Origin: Chitinophaga pinensis | GTDB taxonomy: Bacteria > Bacteroidota > Bacteroidia > UKL13-3 | Length of the DNA: 64,000 bases | Assembly (NCBI GenBank): GCA_945860865.1 | Contig: CAMARW010000001.1 | Span: forward strand, 136,154 to 200,153 | Direction: 5' to 3' | In this document: piece by piece, positions 42,745-52,386 of the stretch | Numbering within the stretch: the first letter of the stretch is position 1 | How the letters are laid out: each line of letters begins with the position of its first letter | Notes under the pieces: model-generated | Database searches by the model: none | What the model was told of the DNA's origin: nothing | What the model saw: only the letters and a program-made list of their open reading frames with translations | Program-made: the position numbers and the translations under genes

Positions 42745-44610
42745 TTATTTGATGAATTGGATGGTTTGTGATTGGTTGCCATTGGTAATTTTGAGGAAGT
42801 AAACCCCGTTGCTTATTTCTTGGGTATTTATGCTAGCCGGTTTGCCATTGGCCAACATTAAATCTCCTGAAAGTATGGTTTGACCTAATTGGTTTAACAC
42901 CGTGTAGGTATAGTTTCCTTCTTTTGAAGAGCTTAATGCAATATTTAAAATATCTGTAGTAGGATTAGGGTAAATAGAGCAGAAGCTTTCCTTGGCCATT
43001 TCATTTACCGCAGTTCCCATAGTAGTGGTTAAATAGAAGCGATCTGAACCAAAAGTATTTTGATTATTTGCATCAATCGTAAATGTGTATTTGAATTTAG
43101 CATCAACTTTAATGGTTTTGTTGGTAAATTGATCAACAAAGAATAAGTCTTTACCAGCAGGTAAATCAACGGTTGTGGCATTAATTTCTACCTCGGTAGA
43201 TCCACTTTTTATATTGGTAAATAATTTAATCTTTCCTTCATTCATAAAAGGGCGAAAATCTGTACACACATATTCACCATTGCTGGTTATAGCACTAAAA
43301 TTAAATGAGTCATTGCTCAATTTAATGGCATCGTACTTATTTTCAAAAAGAGAGCTAGCATTTTCGTCAAAACCAATATTTAAATTATCATAAACTACAC
43401 CTCCAATTTTAAATTCAAAAAGGGCAATATTGGTTAAGCCATTTTTAAAGGTAGTTAAACTAGAAGTTGTTGCTTTTCTTGCCTCAGTAAAAGGTAATGT
43501 TACATTTCCTGCTCCAATATTTCTTATAAATACAGCAGCATAAGATGGAATGCTATAAGGTGTGCCACTAGCTAACAATTGCGGTGTATATGACCCTGTC
43601 TGAGGATTACGTGTACAAACAGTTGGATTGATATCTAATACTCCAGTAGAAGCAAACACAACTGCACTAATGTCAACCGGAGAAGGGTAAGGATTTCCAA
43701 CAAGGTTAAATCCAGAATTATTTCCTGTGCCACCCGTTACCAAAGATAAATTTACATTTCCTGTGTTAACAGCACCTGTCATATCTAGTGTTAAGGCTGA
43801 AGGAATGTAAGAAACATTTGGTGACTCTAATCCTTGCCCTTTAGCACCTCTAATTAAAACACGGATACCTTGACCCACTTCCCAAGTATTGTTTAAACCA
43901 GAACCATCAGCAGCAGTAAATGCTTTCCAGCCGCCATTACTCGCATTGTCATTGGCGTCGGCAGTACTAAAACGAAATGCACTGGGATTATTTAATAACA
44001 CGGCTGTAAAGCCAGTACCAACTGTTTTAGAAGTATTATTATCAGTCACACCAGTTGTATTTCCAGTAATATCAATATTGTCTGTTATTATACTTAAGTT
44101 TTGGCCAGTAGAAAATGGATGGGCCATTAAACGGAATTTGCGTGCCCCAGGAATATATCTTTCTATTGTTACATTGCCAGAGATGGTTCCTGCAGAATTT
44201 GCAATTGATGCGGTTCCAGAGACATCAGATTTAAGCGTTAGGCTACCACTTGCAGCAATGGTTAAAGTACCATTCACGGTTAGTGCGTTGCTCATTCTTA
44301 TATTACCTCCACTTGGTATACTTGTGTTTGAACCAGCATTAATATTTAAATTTGTAAACGTACCTGTACCAGAAATGCTTTGCGTGGTGCCTGAAAAACG
44401 GACTGAACCGGCTCCAGTTATTCCATTGGTGTTTTGTATATCAAGGTTAGATTGTACACTTAAAATATCAGTGGCACTAGTAGTTAAAATAGAACCTGCG
44501 CCCAGATATAAATCTTGTGCAGATAATTGGGCGATAGAAAAAAACAGAAGCAGTAGAAACTTAGTTTTAAAATTTAGTTTCAAAATTTTTGATAAATAGG
44601 CTATTTTCAT
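42745..44610 (-). CDS. T9SS-secreted surface protein (beta-helix-like N-terminal region plus T9SS C-terminal sorting domain)
   Basis: 621 aa with a signal peptide. The N-terminal part is rich in G/S/T/N repeats (GAGSILTTSATDILSVQSNLDIQNTNGITGAGSVRFSG...). The CTD reads IYPNPTTDILNIAL...GVYFLKITNGNQSQTIQFIK. Confidence 0.7.
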   Translation of the reverse strand: MKIAYLSKILKLNFKTKFLLLLFFSIAQLSAQDLYLGAGSILTTSATDILSVQSNLDIQNTNGITGAGSVRFSGTTQSISGTGTFTNLNINAGSNTSIPSGGNIRMSNALTVNGTLTIAASGSLTLKSDVSGTASIANSAGTISGNVTIERYIPGARKFRLMAHPFSTGQNLSIITDNIDITGNTTGVTDNNTSKTVGTGFTAVLLNNPSAFRFSTADANDNASNGGWKAFTAADGSGLNNTWEVGQGIRVLIRGAKGQGLESPNVSYIPSALTLDMTGAVNTGNVNLSLVTGGTGNNSGFNLVGNPYPSPVDISAVVFASTGVLDINPTVCTRNPQTGSYTPQLLASGTPYSIPSYAAVFIRNIGAGNVTLPFTEARKATTSSLTTFKNGLTNIALFEFKIGGVVYDNLNIGFDENASSLFENKYDAIKLSNDSFNFSAITSNGEYVCTDFRPFMNEGKIKLFTNIKSGSTEVEINATTVDLPAGKDLFFVDQFTNKTIKVDAKFKYTFTIDANNQNTFGSDRFYLTTTMGTAVNEMAKESFCSIYPNPTTDILNIALSSSKEGNYTYTVLNQLGQTILSGDLMLANGKPASINTQEISNGVYFLKITNGNQSQTIQFIK

Positions 44611-45322
44611 ATGATGGGTATTGGTTTAGTAAAGGCTATTAAAATTCTATTAATGTAGAGCTATTTGCGGTAAGCGATGCTACTGCTGTACCGTTTATGG
44701 ATAAATTTGCTTACATTGTTGTAGCACCAAGTGTTTTGGTTCCCCTTCCTAATAAAATTAAATTATTTTAGGTAACAACTGCAACTGTTTGTGATCTAGT
44801 TGGTTTAATTGGCAAATCGGTTAAATTGGTGCTGTGGGTAGATTTATTTTTTATATACGCTGTTCAATTAATTTGAAATTAAGGTAATTGTATTGTTATG
44901 TTTCATGATTTAAACTACAAATAAATAGTATTCAAAACATTATTTTTGAAGCGCTAGTTGATTTAATATCTTATGAGATACGATTCATTTATTTTAAACT
45001 ATCATTTTTTTATTTTCAATACTTTTAAGTGGTTAAAAATGCAGTAAAAATTGAATTTTATGCTCAAATTTTAACAGGATAACTTTAACCTTATAATGCG
45101 ATTTTTAAAAGACCGTAATCATCAAAAAATTAATTAATTTGATGTCAAAAAAGCATTAAACTTCTTTTTTGATACTTATTTCAATTATTTTGAGATGCGA
45201 ATCAACCCTTTTAGGGGCTGTTTTTTTGAAGAACCTGTTTTTATTAAGGTACTTTGCAATGCGATAATTGTAAAAATTAGAGTCAATATTTTTTTAGCTT
45301 TATTTATTTAATACCCCAAATT

Positions 45323-46474
45323 ATGTTTGCCAATATAATTTTCTTTATTACCGCCTCCTTTGGATTTTTAGTTATTGCTAAACTCTTTGGAATAAACACA
45401 CAACAAGAGCACTCGCTCATTAATAAATACCTATTTATAATTATTGCCGCTAATGCGGTTAGGTTTTTATTTCATGGGATTTCCATCATTTTCCCTGAAA
45501 TCTATATTACTAAATTCACAAAAATTTTAGATATTGGTGCTGTTATGTTAATGCCTTGTTTCTATCTCTATTTTTATAATATAATTTATGAAGACAAGTT
45601 TGAACCAAAGAATTTGCTGCATTTTTTAGTGCCTTTTTTGTTGGGATGCATATTTATAATGGCATATTTTGTTGAATCTTTTAAAATAGATTTGGTTCAG
45701 AAATTATTTTTCTCTGTAAGCATTATACTCTATTTAATGTATGCTATTTTTATGTTTCTGTTATTGTACAAAAATGTTTGGAACCGTAAAGCCGAAATCA
45801 AAGTTGTTCAAAAACAAAATAATGTGATAAAAAATTGGACTATTTTTCTGTATGTATGTTTAGTAATGCTGCTTTTAATTGTTATTATAAAAAGTCTTAT
45901 TTTTAAAAATCCCACTTTTAGTGACAATTACCTTTGGATTTCTTCAATAGTATGGATGAGCTTATTTTTAAAATTAATTCTTTCCCCCGAAATACTTTAT
46001 GGTTATAATTTTTTAAATAAAACCATAAAAACAGAAGCTAAAGATTTGTTTCTCAATAATGTTTGGCTCATTGAGGGTAATGCAATTCCAATTATTATAG
46101 GGCGTGAAAAAATATTAGCCCCCAAGATTAAACTACAATTGATGGAATATCTTCATCAGATAGAAGAATTGTCTTTTCATAACCAAGCTTTTAGAAATCC
46201 GGATTATGGTCTTAACGATATGGCTTTAGCTTTGAATATTCCTGTGAGCCATATTAATTTTATTTTTAAATACCATTGTAGTGAGAGCTTTTCCGATTTT
46301 AAAAAGATTGTTCGCATCCACGATGCAAGCCAATTGTTAGAAAATGGGTACCTCAATAACCATAAAGTAGAAACGCTAGCTACTCATGTAGGTTTTGCGT
46401 CTTACAATACCTTCATTATAGCATTCAAAAGTATTACTGGAGTTACTACACAAGAGTATTTGAAACGAATTTGA
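45323..46474 (+). CDS. Membrane-anchored AraC-family transcriptional regulator
   Basis: 383 aa. The N-terminal ~215 aa hold about 6-7 hydrophobic helices. The C-terminal AraC HTH reads LNDMALALNIPVSHINFIFK...ETLATHVGFASYNTFIIAFKSITGVTTQEY. Confidence 0.8.
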   Translation: MFANIIFFITASFGFLVIAKLFGINTQQEHSLINKYLFIIIAANAVRFLFHGISIIFPEIYITKFTKILDIGAVMLMPCFYLYFYNIIYEDKFEPKNLLHFLVPFLLGCIFIMAYFVESFKIDLVQKLFFSVSIILYLMYAIFMFLLLYKNVWNRKAEIKVVQKQNNVIKNWTIFLYVCLVMLLLIVIIKSLIFKNPTFSDNYLWISSIVWMSLFLKLILSPEILYGYNFLNKTIKTEAKDLFLNNVWLIEGNAIPIIIGREKILAPKIKLQLMEYLHQIEELSFHNQAFRNPDYGLNDMALALNIPVSHINFIFKYHCSESFSDFKKIVRIHDASQLLENGYLNNHKVETLATHVGFASYNTFIIAFKSITGVTTQEYLKRI

Positions 46475-46555
46475 GGTGTAACAATACTTTAGAAACTCAG
46501 CTTTTACTTTTTTCCAACTTTTCTAGATAAGCCATAAGCCAGTCCACAAGCATTA

Positions 46556-46597
46556 AACAAAAAACGAGCCTTCACAGGAAGACTCGTTTTTTGTTTT
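46556..46597. terminator. Bidirectional terminator between the convergent AraC-like and SusD-like genes
   Basis: Hairpin ACGAG-C-CTTC-ACAG-GAAG-A-CTCGT, flanked by an A-run upstream and a T-run downstream. Confidence 0.5.
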
Positions 46598-46619
46598 TGA
46601 AAATTTGTGTGCTACACGT

Positions 46620-48014
46620 TTAATTATCCCACCAAACTGACATTCTAATGTCTGTGATTTTTGGTGATTTTGAATTGTATAAACGCTCATCTAATACAGT
46701 TGGCAATCTGCGTGGCACAATTGGATCATTGGCATTAGTATTTGCCTTTAGTTTAGGAAAGTTAGTTCTTCTCCAATCATTATATGTTTCAATCTGACCA
46801 AATAAAGAAAGATATTTTTGCCACATAATTTTTTCTAAACTGATAGAAGTGGCCGTTTCGCTGGCATAGGCTGTTACATAACTTGTATCCGCATCAGCGC
46901 TGGTTACTTGTTGAATGCTTGCCTTAACAGCGTCATTAAATGCTGAAGCTGCACCTGCTGCATCAGATTTTCTTAGCTTAGCTTCTGATTCAATAAACTT
47001 GGCTTCTGCATAGGAAACAAGTGGAAAAGCAGCATTTTGTTTAGCTAAATAAATACCAATATCAGATACAGTAGAGTTTCCTTCATCTACATCACTTCCA
47101 CTATAATTTCCGCTGTCGTCTGGCAGGGCATAAAAATCTAAACGAGGGTCGTTCATGGCATTTAATGTATCTGTTACCATGCTTCCCATTCTAACATAGC
47201 CTCTACGGTCAACTTTTGTATAGGCATACCATTGGTTGTACTCATTGCTATTGGTTCCAAAATTAGCATTACAATTAGCAGCATTACTTGTAAAACCTGC
47301 AGCGTATGCATCTGCTAAAGCTGTTAAAGCATTATCCGCAGAACCTCCTGCATCGCGTTTACTTAAGCGGTTATAATAACGTGCTTTTAAAACACTCGCT
47401 GTTGCTTTCCAAGCAGCTACATCTCCTGCAAAAATTAAGTCATCGTTACCAGGTAAGATTGCATTTTCGGCTTCAGCTTTACTTAATAGCGTAATTGCTT
47501 CGCTTAAATATAACTGAATATCTTTGATAACATCTTCTTGCTTATCATAAGCTGGATTAACAGTTCCTTCCAATCCATTCACTGCCTCTCTATTGGGAAT
47601 ATCACCCCATAAGTCTGATGCAGTGCCTAAAAACATAGCCGTTAATACCCTAGAAATTCCTTGGTAATATGGATTTTTTGTGCCTGCTTGGGTATACAAT
47701 TGCTTTAAATTTACTAAACCATTGGTATAAATTACATCCCATTCATTTCCATTTGTATTTTCATCAATTTGGTAGTCGTTTACATCTTTTGCCTGAAATT
47801 CTAATCCAACTACTTGCTGTGTTAAGATGGCAGATTGACGAGATAATTGACCATTCATGGTTGAGAAATATGCCACTTGCGCATTAGACAATAATAATTG
47901 TGGCGTTACTGCAGATGGGCTATTAGGACTCTCGTCGTATCCATCTACAAACTTCTTACAACCAGTTGTGGTAAGAAGCGATATTGCTATTAATACTGAT
48001 ATTATTTTTTTCAT
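46620..48014 (-). CDS. SusD/RagB-family nutrient-binding outer-membrane lipoprotein
   Basis: 464 aa with lipobox LLTTTGC. The helical TPR-like composition, its position immediately downstream of SusC, and the C-terminus WWDN are typical of the family. Confidence 0.85.
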   Translation of the reverse strand: MKKIISVLIAISLLTTTGCKKFVDGYDESPNSPSAVTPQLLLSNAQVAYFSTMNGQLSRQSAILTQQVVGLEFQAKDVNDYQIDENTNGNEWDVIYTNGLVNLKQLYTQAGTKNPYYQGISRVLTAMFLGTASDLWGDIPNREAVNGLEGTVNPAYDKQEDVIKDIQLYLSEAITLLSKAEAENAILPGNDDLIFAGDVAAWKATASVLKARYYNRLSKRDAGGSADNALTALADAYAAGFTSNAANCNANFGTNSNEYNQWYAYTKVDRRGYVRMGSMVTDTLNAMNDPRLDFYALPDDSGNYSGSDVDEGNSTVSDIGIYLAKQNAAFPLVSYAEAKFIESEAKLRKSDAAGAASAFNDAVKASIQQVTSADADTSYVTAYASETATSISLEKIMWQKYLSLFGQIETYNDWRRTNFPKLKANTNANDPIVPRRLPTVLDERLYNSKSPKITDIRMSVWWDN

Positions 48015-48032
48015 AATATTTTCTTTTAAAAA

Positions 48033-51000
48033 TTAGAATGATGCTCTTACAGAGAATGTGTATGATTTTGTACCTGGGTTATTAAAATAATCCCATCCGC
48101 CAATGTTAGAACCGGCTCCAGTTAAACTAGTTTCAGGATCAACACCTTTATAAGGAGTACTTAACCAGATGTTTCTTCCAACAAATCCTACTGTTAAGTT
48201 TTTAACTACTTTTTGGGCTTTAGCGTTTAAGGTAAAGGTATAGTTGATACCGATATCACGTAGCCTTATCCAACTACCATCTTGAATAGCATTTTCAGCT
48301 GCATAGCTTCCGCCATCACCTTTATAAGTTCTGTAGTAATTAAATGCTGAAATGTATTTGGTATTGTCTGCATAAACCGGAGATCCATCTGGATTGGTTC
48401 CTGTAATAACTTTACCTGGAATTAAGTAGGCTTCTTCTCTGCCTTCACCAGACTCATCTGTTTGTCCAATTTGGTTCAAACGAGCCCAAGTACCATTCCA
48501 TACTTTTCCGCCACTACGTCTGTCGATTAAGAAAGTAACCGAAATATTTTTGTAGGTAAATGTATTTCTTAGTCCGCCAAACCAGTTAGGGTAAGGGTTT
48601 CCAAGGTTTCCGTTGGTACCGCCACCTTCAAGTGTTGGTAAGCCAGTTGTGCCATTAATAATTAGTTCTCCATTGGCTGTTCTTGCCCAACGTGTTCCAT
48701 AAAAAACACCATAAGGTTGACCTTTAATAGCGTAGTTTCCGATAGAAGCAAAACCTGCTTCTAGGTTAATTTCGTCTACACCAGGAGCTAAAGTTATTAC
48801 CTCATTACGCACACGGGTCCAGTTTAAGTTTACATCCCAAGTAAAGTTTTTCTTTTGAACAGGCGTTAAGGTTAAAACCAACTCGTGACCTTTGTTCACC
48901 ATTTCGCCTAGGTTTTCGTAGCTAGAGCTAAATCCAGAAGAAGGCGCAATTGGTCTAAACACTAATAAATCTGTAGAAATTTGATTAAAATAGGTATAAT
49001 CAATGCCAATTCTATTTTCGAAGAAACGCAAATCTAATCCAAATTCTCTAGCGGTATTTCTTTCAGGTTTAAGATTTTTATTACCTAAAGCAGAAGAGTA
49101 ACCGTAACCGTTAACACCTAAATAAGGGAATGATAAACCATCTGTAAAACCATCTGTATAAGTAGACCTAGTGAAATAGGTTCTTGTACCGTATGGACTA
49201 GGATTGATACCGGCTTGTGCATAAGCAACCCTTACTTTACCAAACGACATTTTTGGAATGGAAACGAGTTCAGAGAATACAAATGATAAGCTTGTTGATG
49301 GGTAAAAGAAATTATTTTTAGCTGTTCCAAATGTAGATGCCCATTCATTTCTTCCAGAAACACCTAAGAACAAATAGTTTTTATAAGATAGGTTCAAGTC
49401 AAAAAATAAGGCAGCAGTTCTTACGGTAGCATTTCCTTCGCTTGCATATAAATTAGCAGCATTGCCTAAGTTATAATTATTAGGAACGCCTAAATCGCGG
49501 CCCCTACTGTATGAGTCTTTGTTGAAGCGGTGATTTAAGTTATTACCTACTAATAAAGACGACTTAATATTTTTAGTTAAGTCTTTTTTAAATGTAACTA
49601 ATAAATCTGAATAATATTCTTGGTAGGTCAATATGTTTTCATTGATTTCTCCGCCTGGTGCATTACTTGGTTGGTTTGAACCAACAGCAAATACAGATTT
49701 ACGTATATCTGTGTATACATCTGTACCTACGCGATAGGTAACCGACATCCATTCAACGGGATCTATGGTTGTATAAATATTACCCAAAACCCTGTTTACA
49801 TTATCTACTGCTGGATTTTCATATACAGACCAATATGGGTTATCGTATGGTGCAAAATAGCTACGTTGGGTTCCATCAGGGTTTTTCCAACCTGGTGCGT
49901 CTAGGTTATCAAAAGCGCCAATCGCATTATCGTTTAGCTTATATGAGTTAGGTGTGCGCAATAGCGCCAACATTACTCCAGATAAGTTACTTCCGTTTTG
50001 AGCGCGGGTACCACCTGAATTAATATAGTTAATGGTTCCACCCATAGTAATTTTCTTATTCAAACGTGTATCAGCCGTTAAGCGCACAGAAGTACGGTTA
50101 AAATCTGTATTAGGCACCACACCATTTTGGTTTAAGCGACCTACAGAAAATCTAACAGAGCTGTTTTCGCTGTTATTGGTAATAGAAATATTATTGTTAA
50201 ACGTATAGGCATTTTGGAAAAATTCTTCCATGTTATTTGTTGGGTCAATGCCTGCGGTTTCTTTGGTTAACGCGCCCCAGCTTTGCGGGGTAATACCTGG
50301 CTCATATTTTCCTTCTGCTATAGAATAATATCTTTTTGCTACCGAGTCGTATGCCAATCGGCCGCCACCTGTAGCAGATGCGCCGCGTCCTTGGCTATAT
50401 TTATTTTGTAGGTTTGGTAATTTGTTAACCTGACTCATTTCAACGGATGAGCTAACATCAACGCTAAAACTTTTAACTCCTTTTCTGCCTTTTTTGGTGG
50501 TAATAATGATGGCACCAGCACCAGCACGAACTCCATAAAGAGCCGCAGCTGCAGGGCCTTTCAAAATATTAACGCTTTCAATATCTTCTGGATTAATATC
50601 GATACCACGATTAGAATTGTTTACTCCTTGAAGGTTTGAGTTAAATGGATAATCACCAGGTGTAGTTTGGGTGGTGCTATTATCAATTGGCACACCATCT
50701 ACTACCATCAAAGGTTGGTTATTTCCATTAAAAGTTACATTTCCCCTCAATAAAACTTTTGAAGAAGCACCTGGTGTACCACCAGAACCCTGAACAAGCA
50801 CACCTGCAGCTTTACCTGAAAGTGATTGTACGAAGTTTTGTTCTCCAGATTTTCGCATTTCATCGCCAGAAACCTTTTGTTGCGAGTAACCTAGGGTTTT
50901 TCTTTCTCTCTCAATGCCAAAGGCAGTAACTACCATCTCATTTAAGTTTACATTGTCTGCCTCAAGGGTTACATTAATCTCAGACAAGCCTGCAATGCTT

Positions 51001-51245
51001 ACTTCACGGGTTTTTAAACCCACTCCTTTTACAATAATAGCGGTGGCATCTGCTGGTACATTTAATACATACCTGCCGTTTGCATCTGTTGCAGTCCCAA
51101 TTGAGCTGCCCTTTACTTGAACTGATGAACCAATTACTGGTTCTTTTCCATCTGATACAAGCCCGGTAATTTGCCGTGTTTGTGCCCATAATGCCGACAT
51201 GGAAACCGCCCATGCTAGCAATAAAGTTAGTAGCTTTTTTCTCAT
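48033..51245 (-). CDS. SusC/RagA-family TonB-dependent outer-membrane transporter
   Basis: 1070 aa. The N-terminal carboxypeptidase-regulatory-like domain is ITGLVSDGKEPVIGSSVQVKGSSIGTATDANGRYVLNVP. It is followed by the plug (EMVVTAFGIERERKTLGYS, ILKGPAAAALYG.RAGAGAIIITTKKG), a long barrel and a terminal Phe. Confidence 0.92.
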   Translation of the reverse strand: MRKKLLTLLLAWAVSMSALWAQTRQITGLVSDGKEPVIGSSVQVKGSSIGTATDANGRYVLNVPADATAIIVKGVGLKTREVSIAGLSEINVTLEADNVNLNEMVVTAFGIERERKTLGYSQQKVSGDEMRKSGEQNFVQSLSGKAAGVLVQGSGGTPGASSKVLLRGNVTFNGNNQPLMVVDGVPIDNSTTQTTPGDYPFNSNLQGVNNSNRGIDINPEDIESVNILKGPAAAALYGVRAGAGAIIITTKKGRKGVKSFSVDVSSSVEMSQVNKLPNLQNKYSQGRGASATGGGRLAYDSVAKRYYSIAEGKYEPGITPQSWGALTKETAGIDPTNNMEEFFQNAYTFNNNISITNNSENSSVRFSVGRLNQNGVVPNTDFNRTSVRLTADTRLNKKITMGGTINYINSGGTRAQNGSNLSGVMLALLRTPNSYKLNDNAIGAFDNLDAPGWKNPDGTQRSYFAPYDNPYWSVYENPAVDNVNRVLGNIYTTIDPVEWMSVTYRVGTDVYTDIRKSVFAVGSNQPSNAPGGEINENILTYQEYYSDLLVTFKKDLTKNIKSSLLVGNNLNHRFNKDSYSRGRDLGVPNNYNLGNAANLYASEGNATVRTAALFFDLNLSYKNYLFLGVSGRNEWASTFGTAKNNFFYPSTSLSFVFSELVSIPKMSFGKVRVAYAQAGINPSPYGTRTYFTRSTYTDGFTDGLSFPYLGVNGYGYSSALGNKNLKPERNTAREFGLDLRFFENRIGIDYTYFNQISTDLLVFRPIAPSSGFSSSYENLGEMVNKGHELVLTLTPVQKKNFTWDVNLNWTRVRNEVITLAPGVDEINLEAGFASIGNYAIKGQPYGVFYGTRWARTANGELIINGTTGLPTLEGGGTNGNLGNPYPNWFGGLRNTFTYKNISVTFLIDRRSGGKVWNGTWARLNQIGQTDESGEGREEAYLIPGKVITGTNPDGSPVYADNTKYISAFNYYRTYKGDGGSYAAENAIQDGSWIRLRDIGINYTFTLNAKAQKVVKNLTVGFVGRNIWLSTPYKGVDPETSLTGAGSNIGGWDYFNNPGTKSYTFSVRASF

Positions 51246-51843
51246 ATGTTTTTTTTATTTGAATTATAAAATTAATTAATTGTTAATCCAATAACAAGGT
51301 CTAGTAAATCGCTAAATACATTTTTAATTTAAAATTAATATGAGTTTTTAAAGGCTGTTTTTTAGGATATTAAAAAGCATTATCTATTTTTCCATTTGAG
51401 AATTATGTCAGTATTTTTCTTGTATCAATAAAGATATTACATGTTCATTAGAAAAATTTATAACAGCGAATGTGTAAAAGCACGCTAGTATTTTTGATTT
51501 AAAGTTTATTTAAATCCCCCCGATACCTAATCAAATTATTTTCCCTAAAAGTTATTAATTTATCACTTTTATGCACTAAGGCAATCAAAATGAGCTTGTT
51601 GCTACTACAAAAGCAATGTGAAAGCTGTTATCAGCAGTTTTTATCCAGTAAATACCATTTGTATATTGAGATACATTTACTCCGCCATAAGAGGGCATTG
51701 CCGTAACTGCTGCGCCATTATTAATAAAATTACAAGAATCTAACTTATGATTGGCAACAATTTAAATGCCAAACATATTTTTTTTGAAAGTATAATATTT
51801 AAAAGAGAGCGAATAATACTAAAAGATGTCTAAAATACTTTTT

Positions 51844-52080
51844 TTAAGTTTGATTTTGCACATATTCATTATCAATCCCTAACAATATTACTATTTTAAC
51901 CTGCATCAAATCTGCAATGTCATTAAGCTTTTTGAGGCTCATGTTCTCAGGTGTTTTTTCTATATTAGAATAGGCTTGTTGGGTAATATTTAGTTTTTTG
52001 GCCATGTAGGCTTAGCTAAAACCCTTTGTTTCTATAATAGACTTGATTATGGTTGATATGTTTTTGTTAAGGTCTTTCAT
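51844..52080 (-). pseudogene. XRE-family HTH gene interrupted by a single in-frame stop
   Basis: My translation is MKDLNKNISTIIKSIIETKGFS*AYMAKKLNITQQAYSNIEKTPENMSLKKLNDIADLMQVKIVILLGIDNEYVQNQT*. The TAA at 52012-52014 sits where XRE HTH proteins usually have Gln (GxSQ), so this looks like a CAA-to-TAA change. A 53-aa remnant ORF from 52005 is possible. Confidence 0.5.
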
Positions 52081-52386
52081 ACTTTAATTTTTTCGGATAA
52101 ATAATCAAATTTTATCCCTTAAATATAATAAAGGTAAAAATATAATTAATAAATTGCTATTTCTACAAATTTAAATTGTTATTTACAAATTAAGTTTGTT
52201 ATAAAACTGTTATTTTATTGGTCAAAAAACAGATAAAAAATAAAGCCTAAGATTTTGGGGTATGATGCCCAAATTTAGATAATAAATGCAAAAGGTAAAC
52301 AGCGTTCTTTATGATACTTACCTTGTTTGAACCCGGGCATTTATTTTTTTGTTTTAAATCAATTCATTAATAGATTTGAACTCGGA

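Noticed and set aside
37581-44599. Long plus-strand ORFs antisense to the paralog operon: 37581-38186 (201 aa), 38706-38924, 39807-40217 (136 aa), 41361-42011 (216 aa), 42326-42571 and 43889-44599 (236 aa). Same-strand alternative-frame ORFs 37816-38121, 38656-39030 and 40486-40782 also occur.
   Set aside because: They lie entirely inside minus-strand genes that have clear family motifs, signal peptides and paralog conservation. Their products are Pro/Val/Ala-rich mirror images of Gly/Thr/Ala-rich codons, which deplete antisense stop codons. There are no start contexts or independent motifs.
33246-46500. Calling the tRNA-adjacent zone a defined integrative mobile element.
   Set aside because: I could find no integrase, transposase, conjugation genes or tRNA-derived direct repeat. 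I report it only as a plasticity zone rather than annotating a mobile_element feature.
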